A stretch of 64,000 nt of DNA, taken from NCBI GenBank assembly GCA_009859145.1, contig VRVR01000003.1, forward strand, positions 469,121 to 533,120. The letters are read 5' to 3'. Shown here piece after piece: positions 60,601 through 64,000 of this stretch. The notes beneath the pieces were generated by a model. That model did not search any database, was not told the origin of the DNA, and worked only from the letters and a program-made list of their open reading frames with translations. Each line of letters opens with the position of its first letter. Within the stretch, counting starts at the first letter, position 1. The position numbers and the translations under genes are program-made. This DNA comes from Andalucia godoyi And28. Lineage: Eukaryota > Protista > Jakobida.

Positions 60601-61445
60601 ACAGCTGTGCATCATTTACGGATTCGGAAAGCTCGTCCTCATCATCGTATGCTGCTTCCAGCATCGCGTCACCTTCTCTTGGCTCTGTGTCTTCGAATGC
60701 AACATCGTCGTCGAAATCGCTCTCAAGCAAGAGCGGCAGTGGAAATGCCTTCAGTGACGGAATTTCATTTTCGGAGGATCTTCTTCCGCTTGTCGAGGCT
60801 CGATTCGACGAATCCATCCTGCGCGTGGGTGCCGTGGCTGCGGGAATGTTTGAAAAGGTCGGTCGTTTTTCTGATGCGCTGAAGATGTGTAAGACTTACA
60901 CTATTTTTAAGCCGCTGGCATGCAAGCCGCTGGAAGATACTCTGATGGCAATTCAAAATGATGGAATTCACAATATGACTTTATCTGTGCACATCGATAC
61001 GGGCGCGGGATACCATGATCCAACTTCTGTCGACTCTCCAACAGTCGTGATTGAGCTGCCCGCGTGTGCCCTTATTGCAGAAGACAATCCGCTGAACGCT
61101 CGTGTTCTTGCGAAGCATCTCTCCAAGCTCGAATGGGAATACGATGTTGCATGTGACGGAAGCGAGGCTCTTCAGCTCTTCACGGATTCTCCGGAGAAGT
61201 ACTCTGCGATTTTGATGGATTGCTTCATGCCCGAGATGGACGGTTTTGAAGCGACAACGAAGATTCGCCAGGAAGAAAAACTGATCTCTGAAACTCATCA
61301 TATACCGATCATTGCTGTCACCGCGGATGTGCTGTATGAGACTCGAAAAAGGTGTTTTGAAGTTGGAATGGACGACTTTTTATGCAAGCCTGTGCACAAG
61401 GAAACCCTTGGAGCAGTTCTTAAAAAGCACAAATTGAAAAGATAG
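57696..61445 (+). CDS. Biliverdin-type phytochrome hybrid histidine kinase (PAS-GAF-PHY-HisKA-HATPase-pseudoREC-REC)
   Basis: SCETEP (N-terminal Cys), FPASDIP, LRSVSPVHIQYL, LWGLISCHH, PRSSF, SHQMRTP, NAIKYT, DEGIG, and REC motifs AEDN, ILMDCFMPEMDG and FLCKP. Confidence 0.95.
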   Translation: MQPSSAFISSCETEPLPLSGKILDYGVLFGIAYHVHELGDNSALIMNVSDNVERLFGFSVNQLLHRPLSTIIRSMEIFGEERTTDLSVLYKKTLAYAGETSRLGPITVHVKTLKGGSSEDGLDSLEFLGFAYMSNGIVIIELDCASMAHSLISASAPWPSNSLQYVELYRRAITTMNERMSSCKTLHDVCTVVGAQIFDFLGCDRCMVYEFDLADESGDVICEWKRDSVKTSYYGLHFPASDIPLIARTLYVKNPIRCIPDVDLKTSRILPISSTTDLSNSFLRSVSPVHIQYLRNMEVRASMSLSIVVEGRLWGLISCHHYTPFYPPLHVRSLCECLSKLASTTISEKLRQLQISTWNADFRLVRTVLSKMAFDVSDDGGNSSHRGLSQWLQYSRRTLMNRFRSPLMVLRVAGTVFVSGECPSVDPFLEVCTWLRSRSVPQSSVQFSFASPVADILLPPVQTVESLAKEFPPRLPFNLRCKTEGAGEAAVAGVIFIPLSPDRSDFLAFFRPEKDRLIKWLGNPRKIEDDNGILTPRSSFESYLQTIVGHCERWDVEDVDMCRMMQEGLFSQIQNFSAQIEERRALKSEYKRLATAESDKLRKVFLSHLSHQMRTPFNTVLDTLKDLAQEQEVPQENVRLAYSSATSALLLIDNLLELLRLETSLMELSEREAFLPSQFERVSEILQVAADRRSVRLFQSLHPDIPTVAIFDVERLNQVLMNVLGNAIKYTESRGSVFMNVSMLKLIDPSFIEEENQATIVISVRDEGIGMDAHVLDNLFNPLFPNDADVSKRKRGGSCLGLALCKQIIDRMNGSIVVDSSIGAGSEFIIRIPLRLPVGKPVRTLRDDYLVLHNKIGWLRENYPVVLVLAGSFFDTIAWVLRFLGFEVFQCIGLPSLRNRLQYERKYLILLEDESLCHDLQSMSETLQCLQIVKESAWRNSYVVRIRSQHTSKIADRENNSGALGSMQDSCASFTDSESSSSSSYAASSIASPSLGSVSSNATSSSKSLSSKSGSGNAFSDGISFSEDLLPLVEARFDESILRVGAVAAGMFEKVGRFSDALKMCKTYTIFKPLACKPLEDTLMAIQNDGIHNMTLSVHIDTGAGYHDPTSVDSPTVVIELPACALIAEDNPLNARVLAKHLSKLEWEYDVACDGSEALQLFTDSPEKYSAILMDCFMPEMDGFEATTKIRQEEKLISETHHIPIIAVTADVLYETRKRCFEVGMDDFLCKPVHKETLGAVLKKHKLKR

Positions 61446-62352
61446 CTGGTGCTGTCTTTCAAACACCTTCTTAGTAGCTTTCGCTGTTGCCCATGCAACG
61501 ACGGGATGACGACTTCAGGCACTCTTTGTGGTTTGTTCAGAAGGACGCTTCCATACCAATTGAATTCCGACAATTCGAGATTTGCTCCGTTTTCCCGTTT
61601 TTGTGTCTTTATTTTTTAAAATTAAAATTTCCTTTTCTCAATCCCGTCTCCTGCACCCGCTTCCAACTTCCGCTTCTGCTCCCTTTGCTGCTGGTACTTA
61701 TGTCGATGGGGGCTGTGCATGCCGGCACATCCCGGAAGATCTTTCCATCGAGGGCGTGGACTATGTTCGGGATGAGCAAACTGTTCCTGATGATGATGGC
61801 GGAGAGGACACGATGGACAGTGCACAGTGATGCCGTGTCCTCCCCTTCCCAGTAAAATCAGTCTTGTTATTATTATTATTATTTTTTTTTTGGAAATTCT
61901 ACCTCCGAGAGTGTCTTTCTTGAGGATTTTCAGATACAAAATCGGGTACCGTCACAAGGAGTGCGAATCACTGCGCGCATCGCGTGTGCATCGTCTGCGC
62001 ATCCTACCATCCGAGAAACCGTGGGGGTTGTGCGAGTGCGCTCAAGCAGCTTTAGAGGGAATCATCCGTCTTTACAGGGGGTTTCCTCAAAAAAGGAACA
62101 AACGCGCGCAGTCATCGCCATCAACCATCTTGTTCCGTATTCGGTCGCGAGTCGCGAAGTGCGAATCCCTCGCTCACAGTATATAACTCCTCCTCTGCGT
62201 ATGCGTGGTGGCCCTGCAGATGTTTGCTTCATTTCCACCGAGAACTATCAGATCCTGTTTTCACTTGACACCAGCATCAGCAGGCTTCTTTACTGCAAGA
62301 AAAAGTACCGAATACACCGGGGTTATATACCGAAAACACCAGCAAGGACAGA

Positions 62353-63879
62353 ATGATGGCTGCACGGTCCAACACAGCTTGGAGCGTGGCCTTTGTGGTG
62401 TGCGTGTGCGTGTGCGTGTGCTGCACGTCAAACGTGCTGCTGTTTGCAGATGCAGCGCATGTGTCTCCGTCTCGACACCTGGGCTCCGTGCACTCGTCCC
62501 GCCCTGCCCGCGCATCCTCCGCTGGCAGCAGCGCACCAGCCGCAGCAAACGGACACTTTGTGATGAGCTACTGGACAGACTGGTCCATCTACGCATCGAC
62601 GCCTGTTCCCACGCAGCCGTACCCGCTCCCTGGATCCATCAACGCTGACGGGTCCGTGGCTGCGAACGCCGATCTGACTGCGAAGCTCGAACACATGAAT
62701 GCGCTTGCATATGCGTTCCTGCAGGTGGGTCAGGACGGCACGACGTACTTCAACGATCCGAACGCGGATCTTCGGGTGGCCCAGTCGTTTGCAAACTACG
62801 ACGCTCTGTTCGGCGCATCTGGTCTCTGCACGGTGGACTCGGCAATCTGCAGCACTGCCCAGACGCCAGCCGCCTGGGGCCGCGGAAACTTCCAGGCCTT
62901 CATGGGTCTCCAGAATTCCAAGGGCACTCTCAAAAAGCTGATCTCCGTTGGTGGATATGCACACGACGCGTCATTTCTCAGTGCGTTCCGGAACCCCGAC
63001 AGGTTCGCATCGACCGTCAAGCTGATCCTGGACAAAACAGCGATGGATGGCATCGATCTTGACTTTGAGCCGGTGTCCATGACCCCCGATCTCGCATCAC
63101 AGTACGCGGCGTTGGTCGCCAAGGTGCGCAGTGCGATCGGCAGCCGGTACATCATCTCGCTCGCCGTACTCTCGGGCCCGTCCTGGCTGCAGACCGTCGG
63201 AGCCGACAACTGGAAAATCCTGTCCGCGAACGCAGATTTCATCGACCTGATGACCTACGACTTTCATGGCGGGTTCGACGCCTCGGGACCCGTCGGGGCA
63301 ACCGGCTACCTCACGAGCCTGACGGCCGACGCGGCATCGCCGTACAACCCGGACTTTTCCGTCCAGCAGTCCGTGCAGTCGCTCTTGGGGATGGGAGTGC
63401 CGTCGCAGAAGATCGTCGTGGGAGTGCCGGCGTACGGCCGCATGCTGACCGGGGTTGCCGCCGGATCGAACTTTGGTCTCTTTGAGAAGTTCGCGGGCGT
63501 GGCGCAGGGCAACCAGGACGAGCCGTCGTGCTCCACGGATCCGCGGTCGGGCATCGCATGCTCGGGATCCTTCACGTACGCATACCTCGCGCAGCTCGTT
63601 GCCGCAGGCACGTTTGTGCAGCACGAGTGGTACGACGGCGGCGTGGTCTCGGGGGTGTGGGCGTATCACGACGGACAGTGGACACCCGCGGGCACCCAGG
63701 CGTCATACTCGCAGGCATTTGTCTCGTACGCTGATGCATCGCTTGTCCAGAGCTACGTGAGCTACGTGCAGTCGCAGTCTCTGGGAGGAATGCTGATGTG
63801 GGATGTTCACGGGGACGTCACTCCAGGAACCTCTGGCAGCCAGTCCTCGCTACTCCAGGTCATGTCCCAGCTATGCTAG
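62353..63879 (+). CDS. Secreted GH18 chitinase
   Basis: Signal peptide, YWTDWSIY, SVGG, catalytic DGIDLDFE, MTYDFHG, VGVPAYGR and GGMLMWD. Confidence 0.93.
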   Translation: MMAARSNTAWSVAFVVCVCVCVCCTSNVLLFADAAHVSPSRHLGSVHSSRPARASSAGSSAPAAANGHFVMSYWTDWSIYASTPVPTQPYPLPGSINADGSVAANADLTAKLEHMNALAYAFLQVGQDGTTYFNDPNADLRVAQSFANYDALFGASGLCTVDSAICSTAQTPAAWGRGNFQAFMGLQNSKGTLKKLISVGGYAHDASFLSAFRNPDRFASTVKLILDKTAMDGIDLDFEPVSMTPDLASQYAALVAKVRSAIGSRYIISLAVLSGPSWLQTVGADNWKILSANADFIDLMTYDFHGGFDASGPVGATGYLTSLTADAASPYNPDFSVQQSVQSLLGMGVPSQKIVVGVPAYGRMLTGVAAGSNFGLFEKFAGVAQGNQDEPSCSTDPRSGIACSGSFTYAYLAQLVAAGTFVQHEWYDGGVVSGVWAYHDGQWTPAGTQASYSQAFVSYADASLVQSYVSYVQSQSLGGMLMWDVHGDVTPGTSGSQSSLLQVMSQLC

Positions 63880-64000
63880 TCTCTGCCCCGTTCTCTCCTC
63901 GGGGAACTACGCGCTTTTTGTGAGTCGGTGTTTTTCTTTTCCTTGTGCCATTTCATACGTTGTGTATATATTAAAACAGAGCAATTTTGGCTGAAATGCG

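Noticed and set aside
61970-62090. HRLRILPSEK...GIIRLYR as a TnpB N-terminal HTH relic
   Set aside because: Only vague similarity with no supporting downstream motif. Left unassigned.
1-64000. tRNA or rRNA genes
   Set aside because: No cloverleaf with T-loop GTTCRA and CCA-stem context, and no rRNA signature, was recognised by eye.

Overview
Gene-dense, almost intron-free eukaryotic (protist) nuclear DNA read with the standard code. It holds about 30 compact CDS separated by short pyrimidine/purine-rich or microsatellite spacers. Housekeeping genes include PRP31, a NUP214-like nucleoporin, RFT1, NPRL2, RFC5, alpha-tubulin, SKI2, MPP6, eL41, eL14, UBE2T, DECR2, an ABCG transporter and an ACSF2-like ligase. 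A bacterial-type RnpA-like gene would fit a jakobid-like host (inference only). Two things stand out. (1) A biliverdin-type phytochrome hybrid histidine kinase (57696-61445) lies head-to-head with a soluble heme oxygenase (56213-56968), forming a self-contained photoreceptor plus chromophore-synthesis pair. (2) At least five decayed copies of a Fanzor2/IS607-TnpB-like element are scattered through intergenic DNA. They include frameshifted RuvC-I and RuvC-III motifs and a four-hairpin omegaRNA-like structure (17182-17290, minus strand). A shared element end supplies the identical C-terminus PLPLIAI* to two unrelated host genes. All family calls come from motif recognition by eye; no database search was run.
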